Shown piece by piece: positions 21,117 through 28,815 of a stretch of 55,569 bases of DNA (the stretch's first letter is position 1; every line of letters begins with the position of its first letter). Source of the stretch: a virus (lineage: Duplodnaviria > Caudoviricetes). The notes under the pieces were generated by a model. That model was given only the letters and a program-made list of their open reading frames with translations, did no database searches and was not told the DNA's origin. The stretch covers positions 1 through 55,569 of the IMG/VR virus record IMGVR_UViG_3300009068_002792; one strand, given 5' to 3'. Position numbers and translations under genes: made by a program.

Positions 21117-22121
21117 TTATTTTTTATTTGCTAAGTTTTGAGCAGCTTCTATGATTAAATCTTCTTGAACTGCTATGAGTTTTTTATTTTTTAATTCTTC
21201 AATCAAGTCTATGTAGTTTATATTATAAGTTTTTGCAATCTCAAGAATTGGCTTTTCGAAACCACAGAACAATTTATTTAAACCTGTTAAGATATTGATC
21301 GGAGAAATAGAAGGATTCGTTGGCACTAAATAATCCATCGCTTCATCTGCGCCATTTATAAGTTTTTTGAAATCTATATTTGTGGAGAAATTGTATTTTT
21401 GTAAAACTGGAATTAATACTTCTATTTGAGTATTTCCTGCTCCTGCACCAAATCCTTTAATACAAGCATCAATCATATCTGCCCCATTTTGAACAGCAGT
21501 TATAGAGTTTGCTACAGCTAGTCCAAGATTATTATGTGCATGAAAACCAACTTTTATTGATAAATTATCCTTAAGAGCTTTGATTCTTTCTTCTGTATCT
21601 ATAGTTGTATATGTTCCAGTTGAGTCCATAATGAATATTCCATTAGCTCCATATTCTTGCATCTTCTTTGCTTCTTGAACTAAAGTTTTAGCATCTACTA
21701 AAGCAGTCATCATTAATATACCATAAACATCTTTATTTTTATTTTTAAGATATTCTATGTGAGGTCTTGTAACATTTGCTTCTGTACAATGAGATCCAAC
21801 TCTGAAAATATCTACTCCAATATCAATTGCAGATTCTATATTCTTTTTAATCGTAGCCATTCCGGGGACAATATGTACGGCTAGCTTAGATTTTTTAAGA
21901 TTTTCTCTAGCTGTCTTTAGCATTTGCTCGTCCGAAGTTGGAATTAATCCCATCAATAATGAAGATGCGCCGATCCCTAAACCATGTCCAACTTCTACAG
22001 AATCAATTCCAGCATCATCAGCAAAAGTGCAATATCTTTTAATCTGCTCTAAAGTTATCTTATGCTTTACGAAATGATTACCATCTCTCAAAGAAGAATC
22101 GTTTATAAAGATTTTATTCAT
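21117..22121 (-). CDS. dmpG: 4-hydroxy-2-oxovalerate aldolase
   Basis: DSSLRDGNH, EVGHGLG.GASS, HCTEA, GFHAHNNLGLAVAN, GFGAGAGN, QEDLII. Confidence 0.9.
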   Translation of the reverse strand: MNKIFINDSSLRDGNHFVKHKITLEQIKRYCTFADDAGIDSVEVGHGLGIGASSLLMGLIPTSDEQMLKTARENLKKSKLAVHIVPGMATIKKNIESAIDIGVDIFRVGSHCTEANVTRPHIEYLKNKNKDVYGILMMTALVDAKTLVQEAKKMQEYGANGIFIMDSTGTYTTIDTEERIKALKDNLSIKVGFHAHNNLGLAVANSITAVQNGADMIDACIKGFGAGAGNTQIEVLIPVLQKYNFSTNIDFKKLINGADEAMDYLVPTNPSISPINILTGLNKLFCGFEKPILEIAKTYNINYIDLIEELKNKKLIAVQEDLIIEAAQNLANKK

Positions 22122-23013
22122 AAATATCCTCAACTTTATCATAGATTGTTTGATTGCTATCAATGTATTTAGCTGCTTCAATTGATGCACAAGTTATAAT
22201 ATCTAAATTGCCAGCGTATGCTGGTAAGTAATCGCCAGTACCAATAACTTTGATTCCTAGTATTAGAATGTTCTCTTTGTTTAACATTGGCTTTAATGTT
22301 AGTTCGTAACCCGGAATTATCTTTTTTAATTTTTGGATTCTGAAATCGAGTAATTTTGCAATATAATTTATATCAATAATCTCGCTATTTATTTTTAAAA
22401 ACATCGTAGTTTGCATGTTAACGCATGGTTCTGCTGGATTTAAGTTTAATATTACTTTCGCTTTCTTACAATTAGTGAATTTTTTAATTGCAGATTCTGT
22501 TGTTTCAACATATTCATCTATATTTAGTCTAGTGGCAATCCCTGCGCTTTTAGAAGCAATTTGAGACACTACTTCTATGTATTCTATATCTGGATAAATA
22601 TTTGATATTAAATTTAAAATTGGAATAGAAGCTTGGCCTCCACAAGTTATCATATTTATGTTAGCTGTATCTTTTAATATGTTTCCATTTATAATTGGAA
22701 CGCACAACTCTCCAATTCTAGATGGTGTCAAATCTATAACTTTTATACCTTGCTCTTTCAGCACTTCATTATTTATAATTGCAGAAAAAGCATTTGTACA
22801 GTCGAAAACAATATCACAATAGTTTTTATTCTTAACAAAAAAATCTATTCCTTCATCAGAAGTATTAATGTTATGTTTTTGAGCTAGTTTTATGCCTTGT
22901 GAATCCTTGTTTCTTCCAGAGAAAATAGATAGCTGTATAAAATTACATTTAAGCATTTTAAGTAATAAATCGCATCCTATATTTCCTGTGCCTATTATAC
23001 CAGCCTTAATCAT
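22114..23013 (-). CDS. dmpF: Acetaldehyde dehydrogenase (acylating)
   Basis: IIGTGNIG.DL, IDLTP, NMITCGGQASIP, SKSAG.ATR.NIDEY, G.GDYLPAYAGNLDI. Confidence 0.92.
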   Translation of the reverse strand: MIKAGIIGTGNIGCDLLLKMLKCNFIQLSIFSGRNKDSQGIKLAQKHNINTSDEGIDFFVKNKNYCDIVFDCTNAFSAIINNEVLKEQGIKVIDLTPSRIGELCVPIINGNILKDTANINMITCGGQASIPILNLISNIYPDIEYIEVVSQIASKSAGIATRLNIDEYVETTESAIKKFTNCKKAKVILNLNPAEPCVNMQTTMFLKINSEIIDINYIAKLLDFRIQKLKKIIPGYELTLKPMLNKENILILGIKVIGTGDYLPAYAGNLDIITCASIEAAKYIDSNQTIYDKVEDIYE

Positions 23014-23021
23014 ATAATATA

Positions 23022-23774
23022 TTAATCTTTTATAAACTCTTTTTCCATTTCTTCTTTTGATAGGAATGGATGCATATTCGAGAAGTCATTTTGTATATAT
23101 CTTCCAGTTTCATCTTTAGAAGCGGTTATGCTTGGAGAAATATCTTGGATTTCTTTGCATTTAATTTCGCAAATATATGGGTTTGTATCTTTTAATATTG
23201 AATCTATCTCTTGGTCAAAATCTTTTATTGTTTTTATAAGGCAATATTTAATATCATAAGCATTTGCTATTTTATTGATGCTTGGAAAAAAGATACCATC
23301 ATCTCCACAAGTACCAATTCTTCTGCCTTCATAGAATTTATCTTGGCTATTTTTAATGCTTAGATATCCATTGTTATTCAAGATGAATATCTTAATTGGT
23401 AAATTATGTTTTTTTATTACAGCTAGAGCTTGAGGATTAGTATTGAAACTTCCATCACCTTGAATTACTATAGTTTGTTTTTTGTTTCTTGCGAAGCAAA
23501 CTCCAGAAGCTATACCAAGTGCTGCGCCCATTTCTCCTTGAGATAAGGAGCAAATAATTTTTTGACCTTTCTTTGGTTTGAACCCTTGATTGCAAATATA
23601 AAAAGCTGAACCAGCATCAGTAATAATTGGTTCGTCTTCATTTAAATTGTAATTCATGATCTCTATCACTTTATATAGATCAATACCATTAGAATCATCG
23701 TTATATGATTCTTGGAAAACTGGCCAACTCTTTTTCCAATGTTGGCATTTTTTAATCCATGATTCTTTATTCAT
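23022..23774 (-). CDS. ThDP-dependent enzyme, C-terminal PP domain (YerE/acetolactate synthase-like)
   Basis: GEMG and GDGSF...ILNNNGYLSI ThDP-binding motif. Confidence 0.85.
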   Translation of the reverse strand: MNKESWIKKCQHWKKSWPVFQESYNDDSNGIDLYKVIEIMNYNLNEDEPIITDAGSAFYICNQGFKPKKGQKIICSLSQGEMGAALGIASGVCFARNKKQTIVIQGDGSFNTNPQALAVIKKHNLPIKIFILNNNGYLSIKNSQDKFYEGRRIGTCGDDGIFFPSINKIANAYDIKYCLIKTIKDFDQEIDSILKDTNPYICEIKCKEIQDISPSITASKDETGRYIQNDFSNMHPFLSKEEMEKEFIKD

Positions 23775-24798
23775 TGATATGCTCTAAAAAATTATTTAAA
23801 TCAGACTCTATAAACAAATCGATGTTAATAATATTTTTTCTATGATTTTCTGAATCTATGTCTACAACTATCTTCTTTGCATTTTTTGCAAACTTTTCAC
23901 TTATGTATCCAACTTGAGGAGTATTCAAGCAACATCCTAAACAAATTATTCCATCTGCATTTTGAATAGCAAAATTTCCAGCTCTATCACCTTTTACTCC
24001 AATAATTCCGATTCTTAATGGATGATTGTATTCTAATATATCTGCTCCTCCATATGTAAAAACACAAGGGATTTTATACTTTTGAATAAATTTTTTAAAT
24101 TCATTTTCTGTGTTAGAAAGTTTGATTCCATTTCCTCCAAGAACAATTGGTCGTTTGAATTTCTTTAACATATTCTTAAATTTTGAGATTTGAGAATTAT
24201 TCTTTTTGGGGGTTTTCTTTTTTTGATACTTAATCAAATTTGATTGTTTAATAAATGTTGCGCCAATATCCGCTGGAATATCAATCCATACTGGGCCAAA
24301 TGGAGCAGTTAAGGCTATATCAATTGCTTTGTCTAATTCATGTTCAATTAGTTCGGGATTATCAATTGTTACTGCGTACTTTGTAATTGGCTTTACCATC
24401 TCAATAATATCTGCTTCTTGTGCTCCTAGCTTTTTTAAATTTATCTTTTCTTTCGTTTTAAAGTATCTAGTTGTTTGTTTTAAAGCTACGTTACCAGAAA
24501 GAAATAGAATTGGGGTGTGATCTTGAAACGCTGATAGTAGTGGAGTTAAAACATTAAAACTCGCGCAACCTGTAGTTGGATTACATACTGATATTTTATT
24601 ACTATATTTAGAATAACCAAGACAAAAGTATCCAGCATCTTGTTCGTGATGAACGCAGATTGGTTTTATGTTTTTATTTTTAGCTAAAGCATCATTTAAT
24701 ACCAATGCTCCGTTGCCAGTTATTAAAGATATATATTTGACTTTATACTTTTCATATAATCTATTTATTACAAATTCAGATACTCGAATATCTTTCAT
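23767..24798 (-). CDS. ThDP-dependent enzyme, N-terminal PYR and central domains
   Basis: HHEQ, PILFLSG, GAQEADI, GPVWIDIP.D, RAGNFAIQNAD. Confidence 0.85.
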   Translation of the reverse strand: MKDIRVSEFVINRLYEKYKVKYISLITGNGALVLNDALAKNKNIKPICVHHEQDAGYFCLGYSKYSNKISVCNPTTGCASFNVLTPLLSAFQDHTPILFLSGNVALKQTTRYFKTKEKINLKKLGAQEADIIEMVKPITKYAVTIDNPELIEHELDKAIDIALTAPFGPVWIDIPADIGATFIKQSNLIKYQKKKTPKKNNSQISKFKNMLKKFKRPIVLGGNGIKLSNTENEFKKFIQKYKIPCVFTYGGADILEYNHPLRIGIIGVKGDRAGNFAIQNADGIICLGCCLNTPQVGYISEKFAKNAKKIVVDIDSENHRKNIINIDLFIESDLNNFLEHINE

Positions 24799-24800
24799 AA

Positions 24801-25712
24801 TTAATATTTGAAATAGAATATATCTTTCCAGTTAGTATTTCCACTCTTGATAAACTCTAGAACTTTTTTTCTATCAATTAGTGTTGTCTCTGGATTCTTG
24901 ATGTTTGCTGTGACAAGATTAACCACATCTGTATATTGAGTATTAATATCAATACATTCTTCATAGTCTTCTTTCCACCTGCTCATCCAAGGAATTTTAT
25001 TGAATTGAGGATCAAGAATTAATCTTGGAATACCCATTTGATAAGCTATATGACTTGGTCCATTACAAGTAAATATGCCATAACAGCTTTTCTTTAAGTA
25101 TTCTAAAGAGTCAGAAAAACTAGGGTTATTGTCAATTAATACATTAGGTGGAAAATTAACATCAAAATTTCCAAGATTATCGATAGGTTTATCCCAAGCC
25201 TTGACTAATGGAAAGTATATGGTATAATCTGGCAAAAATTCCGCTAATTGTTTTAATAAGATAGGTATATTATAGTAAACATAACCTTCTGTGGTACTGC
25301 ACAATCCGCAATAGATCATTTTTTGTTTATTAGGAAATTGATTAGTTAAAGATCTTGTTTTTTTAATTAAAGATATGTTTAAATCATACTTCTTATAGTC
25401 TAGGGCTAATGGATTTCTATAAAGCAGATCTGGCACATTATATGTAATATTATTTGAGCTATATTGATCTTCTAATTCTTTCCTTAATGATTCATCTGAG
25501 ATTATAGCATTATTATGTGAATATCTTTCGTCTATTTTATAAAGATCAAATTCATTATGAAAAACACTATATAATGGTTCAAAAACGCTTTGTCTTGTAG
25601 ATATTAAATTGATATGATGAATGTTTTTTTGTTTTAATAAGTAAGATATTTGCAATGATAGGATACAGTCTCCTAGACCATGTCCACCTATATTTATTAA
25701 TTTAGAATCCAC
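24801..25712 (-). CDS. GT9-like glycosyltransferase
   Basis: GHGLGDCIL and FTCNGPSHIA. Confidence 0.55.
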   Translation of the reverse strand: MDSKLINIGGHGLGDCILSLQISYLLKQKNIHHINLISTRQSVFEPLYSVFHNEFDLYKIDERYSHNNAIISDESLRKELEDQYSSNNITYNVPDLLYRNPLALDYKKYDLNISLIKKTRSLTNQFPNKQKMIYCGLCSTTEGYVYYNIPILLKQLAEFLPDYTIYFPLVKAWDKPIDNLGNFDVNFPPNVLIDNNPSFSDSLEYLKKSCYGIFTCNGPSHIAYQMGIPRLILDPQFNKIPWMSRWKEDYEECIDINTQYTDVVNLVTANIKNPETTLIDRKKVLEFIKSGNTNWKDIFYFKY

Positions 25713-25718
25713 CTAAGT

Positions 25719-25747
25719 ATTGTAGGTGAATTTTATAGAGAAGTCAA
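25719..25747 (-). promoter_or_regulatory. sigma70-type promoter heading the sugar cluster (leaderless)
   Basis: TTGACT-17 nt-TACAAT, 6 nt before the GTG at 25712. Confidence 0.65.
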
Positions 25748-25758
25748 CCAATAAATAT

Positions 25759-26469
25759 TTAAACCAGTGTCAAAAGATATTTTAATCTATTTAAACTACC
25801 AAGTATCTCATCTCTAGTATTCAATAGATCTGTATCTCTAGCTGTATCGAGCATATTTGTTAAATTAATTAAGAATTCAATATATGAATCTGTTGCGGTT
25901 GCAAAATTCAAATCAGAATAATTCGACATTTCAAGATTAAATTTAGAAGCAGAAATTACTCTGCCATATTTACCCATATATGTTTCAATAAAAATATCTA
26001 TGTTTTGATCTAAGCTTTCATAAACTTTTGCAAAACTCTTATGTTGAGAAAATGAAGTTGTTTGCCAATGAAAAATTTGATATTGTTTTTGCATTTCTAG
26101 CATTGTTGTTTGAATAAGTTCACCCTTGCCATCAGTTTCAGCTTTGACTTCAATTTTTACTGCTTCTGTTTTTACTTCTGGAGCTGGTGCAGTAACTGCT
26201 GTGTTTGCTGGTGCTTCAATTTTAGCCTCAACTTTTGCGGCTTCTACTTTTACTTCTTGTTGTTTATTCATATTTTTAATATCTTCGGTAAAATCTATTT
26301 CCATTTCATTTGCTTTACTTTTCTTTTTAGGATTTTGAAAAGTGTTCAAACAAATTGCAACTTTTTGATCTTGTGGTCTTTCGGGTTCGCCTTCTTTGTT
26401 TAAAAAAGTCATGCAACGACCCATGTAATCGCTTTCTTTTTCGTTGTCTTTTCTTTGAGGTATAGGCAT
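25759..26469 (-). CDS. Ferritin/Dps-like (DUF5856-like) domain fused to an N-terminal phage motif
   Basis: C-terminal FHWQT.SFSQHK...YE.L...ID.FIE.YMGKYGR...DLLN.RDEI...L..LKYLLTL; N-terminal MPIP...E.ESDYMGRCM...QKVAIC; Ala/Pro/Glu linker. Confidence 0.75.
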   Translation of the reverse strand: MPIPQRKDNEKESDYMGRCMTFLNKEGEPERPQDQKVAICLNTFQNPKKKSKANEMEIDFTEDIKNMNKQQEVKVEAAKVEAKIEAPANTAVTAPAPEVKTEAVKIEVKAETDGKGELIQTTMLEMQKQYQIFHWQTTSFSQHKSFAKVYESLDQNIDIFIETYMGKYGRVISASKFNLEMSNYSDLNFATATDSYIEFLINLTNMLDTARDTDLLNTRDEILGSLNRLKYLLTLV

Positions 26470-26510
26470 ATATAGAATTACACATATTTTAATCTAGTGT
26501 AAGAAAGAAT

Positions 26511-26585
26511 ATGACCATTTCTACTAGTTTAATTTGCTTTGCTGTATTAGTTTATATATATTATTTAGTAGAGAGAGTTAAGTAA
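26511..26585 (+). CDS. Small single-pass membrane peptide (24 aa)
   Basis: Manual translation MTISTSLICFAVLVYIYYLVERVK*, with GTGTAA 8 nt upstream. Confidence 0.45.
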   Translation: MTISTSLICFAVLVYIYYLVERVK

Positions 26586-26598
26586 AATATTAATTAAT

Positions 26599-27216
26599 TT
26601 ACAAGTTTTTTATTACTGTGACATTGGTATTACCTTTAAAAGTTAACCCAGTTCCAGCCGTCCAAGTATCACTAACTGGTCCAGAAGTAGGCACTCGGAT
26701 GGTTAATGTCTCGGCAGTTAAAAGAAATATGTTGGTCCCAACAAAAGCTGATTGTGGAACATAACAAAGAACTGTGGATAGAACGGAGGACTCTTTGAAC
26801 GCATTGTTCCCAATGCTGTTCACGCTATTTGGGATAGTTATGCTGGTTAGGCCGTAGGAAAGGCCGAACGCAGCATTCCCAATACTCGTTACGCTGTTAC
26901 CAATAGTTAAACTGGATAGGTCATAGCAACCATAGAATGCACCAAGCCCAATACTCGTTACGCTATTAGGTATAATGATACTGGTTAGATTGATGCAAAA
27001 CTCAAAAGCCGAGGCTCCAATACTCGTCACGCTGTTATCATTTGCAAAGATAACAGAAGCAACGGAGGTTTGAGAAGATAACCAATTAGAAGGTATATCC
27101 CCTGTATTTGTTGAGCCAACTTGGACACCAGAAGAATTGAAAGCTCTTGAGGTGGTAATGAGCTGGGGCGTTCTTGGAATTTTGAATGTTGTATTTTTTT
27201 TAATTATTAAGCTCAT
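26599..27216 (-). CDS. BspA-type leucine-rich repeat protein (LRR_5)
   Basis: Repeated L.SI.IPNSVTSIG..AF..C units; DNA repeats at 69 bp period. Confidence 0.9.
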   Translation of the reverse strand: MSLIIKKNTTFKIPRTPQLITTSRAFNSSGVQVGSTNTGDIPSNWLSSQTSVASVIFANDNSVTSIGASAFEFCINLTSIIIPNSVTSIGLGAFYGCYDLSSLTIGNSVTSIGNAAFGLSYGLTSITIPNSVNSIGNNAFKESSVLSTVLCYVPQSAFVGTNIFLLTAETLTIRVPTSGPVSDTWTAGTGLTFKGNTNVTVIKNL

Positions 27217-27220
27217 ATTT

Positions 27221-27589
27221 TTAAGCAGCGGTGATGGTGATGCTTGGAGACCAGTTAGTTGTGGGGATAAAGTCTTGATTTGACGATGAATTTTGGGTCA
27301 CAAAACCGTACCCAGTACCTGTGTCACCAAAATCTACTGCACTACCGATTTCCCATTTGTTGCTATTTGTAACAAATACAAGCAACCACCCATTGGGTCC
27401 AGAATATTTTCTAGTTACGTATGTAAAAGGATTGTCTGCAATCGCAATCTGTCCGCCAGCATAATCTTTAGTATATGTTCCATTGATATTTGGATCGGTA
27501 TTGCTAGATATAATTACCTGTTGACCATTGGCACCCACAGGAATATCAACTGGAATTACAATAAGATCTCTTTTAACTATAAAAGCCAT
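27221..27589 (-). CDS. Hypothetical beta-rich protein, possibly virion decoration/fibre
   Basis: 122 aa, rich in G/T/N/S, preceded by the GTGTAA motif. Confidence 0.65.
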   Translation of the reverse strand: MAFIVKRDLIVIPVDIPVGANGQQVIISSNTDPNINGTYTKDYAGGQIAIADNPFTYVTRKYSGPNGWLLVFVTNSNKWEIGSAVDFGDTGTGYGFVTQNSSSNQDFIPTTNWSPSITITAA

Positions 27590-27602
27590 AAACTATATTA
27601 CA

Positions 27603-27869
27603 CTAGTCATTTAAATAGGTTTTGATATCTTTAATTAACTTTTTTCTCTTATTGTGTTCTAGTACAGTTATGAAAGTAGCTATTGATATTGGAAAGAATA
27701 CTCTAAGAAAGAATTGAAGGTGATCTTCTTTACTTAATAAATCAAAGTAATTAATATAAAGGTCACTTAGCCCCCAAAGCGTAAAAAGTATCGCAGGAAT
27801 GAAGGTGATAAAAAAGAACTTATCATAAGTTTTTAAATTACCCCACCAATTTTTTATTTTGATTGCCAT
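27603..27869 (-). CDS. Small membrane protein (2 TM)
   Basis: Two hydrophobic stretches and a basic C-terminus; GTGTAA upstream. Confidence 0.65.
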   Translation of the reverse strand: MAIKIKNWWGNLKTYDKFFFITFIPAILFTLWGLSDLYINYFDLLSKEDHLQFFLRVFFPISIATFITVLEHNKRKKLIKDIKTYLND

Positions 27870-27887
27870 ACATAGGCTTACACAAGA

Positions 27888-28271
27888 TTAAATTGGAGTT
27901 GCTTCTTTAGGGTTTGGATTAGAATTTACTGGAGGTATAAGTAGAGGGTTAAATTGTTGAGATCCAAATGGCTGCGAGATATTGCTCGTGCGATTTTCAG
28001 ATCCGCTTTCAGCATTAACATCTAAAGTAGGATCAACCTCTGTTTCTGTTTTAGATTCAAATCCTTTTGATTCAACTTCTACTGATCCACCACCAGATGG
28101 AACATCATAGTTTTTGCCCATAATATCAAAAGATATTGGAACTGAATGTCCAGAGCTAGTTAATGTTATTTTACCATTTTTATCTTTATTGATTGATATT
28201 TTGATTTTATCTTCAGCATAAGAAGATTGAATTAAAATTGCGGCTAATAATATATATATTAATTTGTGCAT
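27888..28271 (-). CDS. Putative secreted protein
   Basis: MHKLIYILLAAILIQSSYA signal peptide. Start reassigned. Confidence 0.6.
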   Translation of the reverse strand: MHKLIYILLAAILIQSSYAEDKIKISINKDKNGKITLTSSGHSVPISFDIMGKNYDVPSGGGSVEVESKGFESKTETEVDPTLDVNAESGSENRTSNISQPFGSQQFNPLLIPPVNSNPNPKEATPI

Positions 28272-28573
28272 AAATTTGTTATTAATCTTATTCTTTTTCT
28301 CATATAACCTACGCATATATAATGTTCATTTGTATCTATAACTGGTTTTGGTTTTGGTTGCAAGCTTAATATCCAAGGTTGGCTATTCTCGCCTATTGGT
28401 TCTGCTCTGCATATAAAAGATGACCCTTCATCAACTGGCACATATTCAAAATCAAGACCAAGATTATATTGCTTTATGGGTCCAACATTTTTTGTGTAGA
28501 AAAATGCACAAACAGCACCTATTGGAAATAGCATAAAATAAAATAAAACTTCCAATCTTATAAATGATTTCAC
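28259..28573 (-). CDS. Membrane-anchored hypothetical protein
   Basis: N-terminal hydrophobic helix; coupled to neighbours. Confidence 0.6.
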   Translation of the reverse strand: MKSFIRLEVLFYFMLFPIGAVCAFFYTKNVGPIKQYNLGLDFEYVPVDEGSSFICRAEPIGENSQPWILSLQPKPKPVIDTNEHYICVGYMRKRIRLITNLCTN

Positions 28574-28815
28574 TTTTGGACTTGACCAGATGCGGTTTGT
28601 ATATCTAAATTATTTTTAGTTTGTTTGGCCACAATTGATCCTATCATAGTTAATACTAAAATGCAAGCAAAAAGTAATCCATAATGAGTTTTTTCTTGGG
28701 CTTTCTTTTTGACTCTATATTGATGAAAATTACTTATAAAGTCTTCTGTATCCCTTTTGGATGGAAGATTTCTTTCATAATTATTCAATAATAAGTTTCT
28801 CAATTGATTATCCAT
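28570..28815 (-). CDS. Single-pass membrane protein
   Basis: MDNQLRNLL... with TM segment GLLFACILVLTMIGSIV; overlaps the PEP-CTERM gene stop. Confidence 0.6.
   Translation of the reverse strand: MDNQLRNLLLNNYERNLPSKRDTEDFISNFHQYRVKKKAQEKTHYGLLFACILVLTMIGSIVAKQTKNNLDIQTASGQVQK

Noticed and set aside
21117-23013. Aromatic-degradation (meta-cleavage) auxiliary genes
   Set aside because: No dioxygenase or hydratase genes; dmpFG are embedded among sugar-biosynthesis genes
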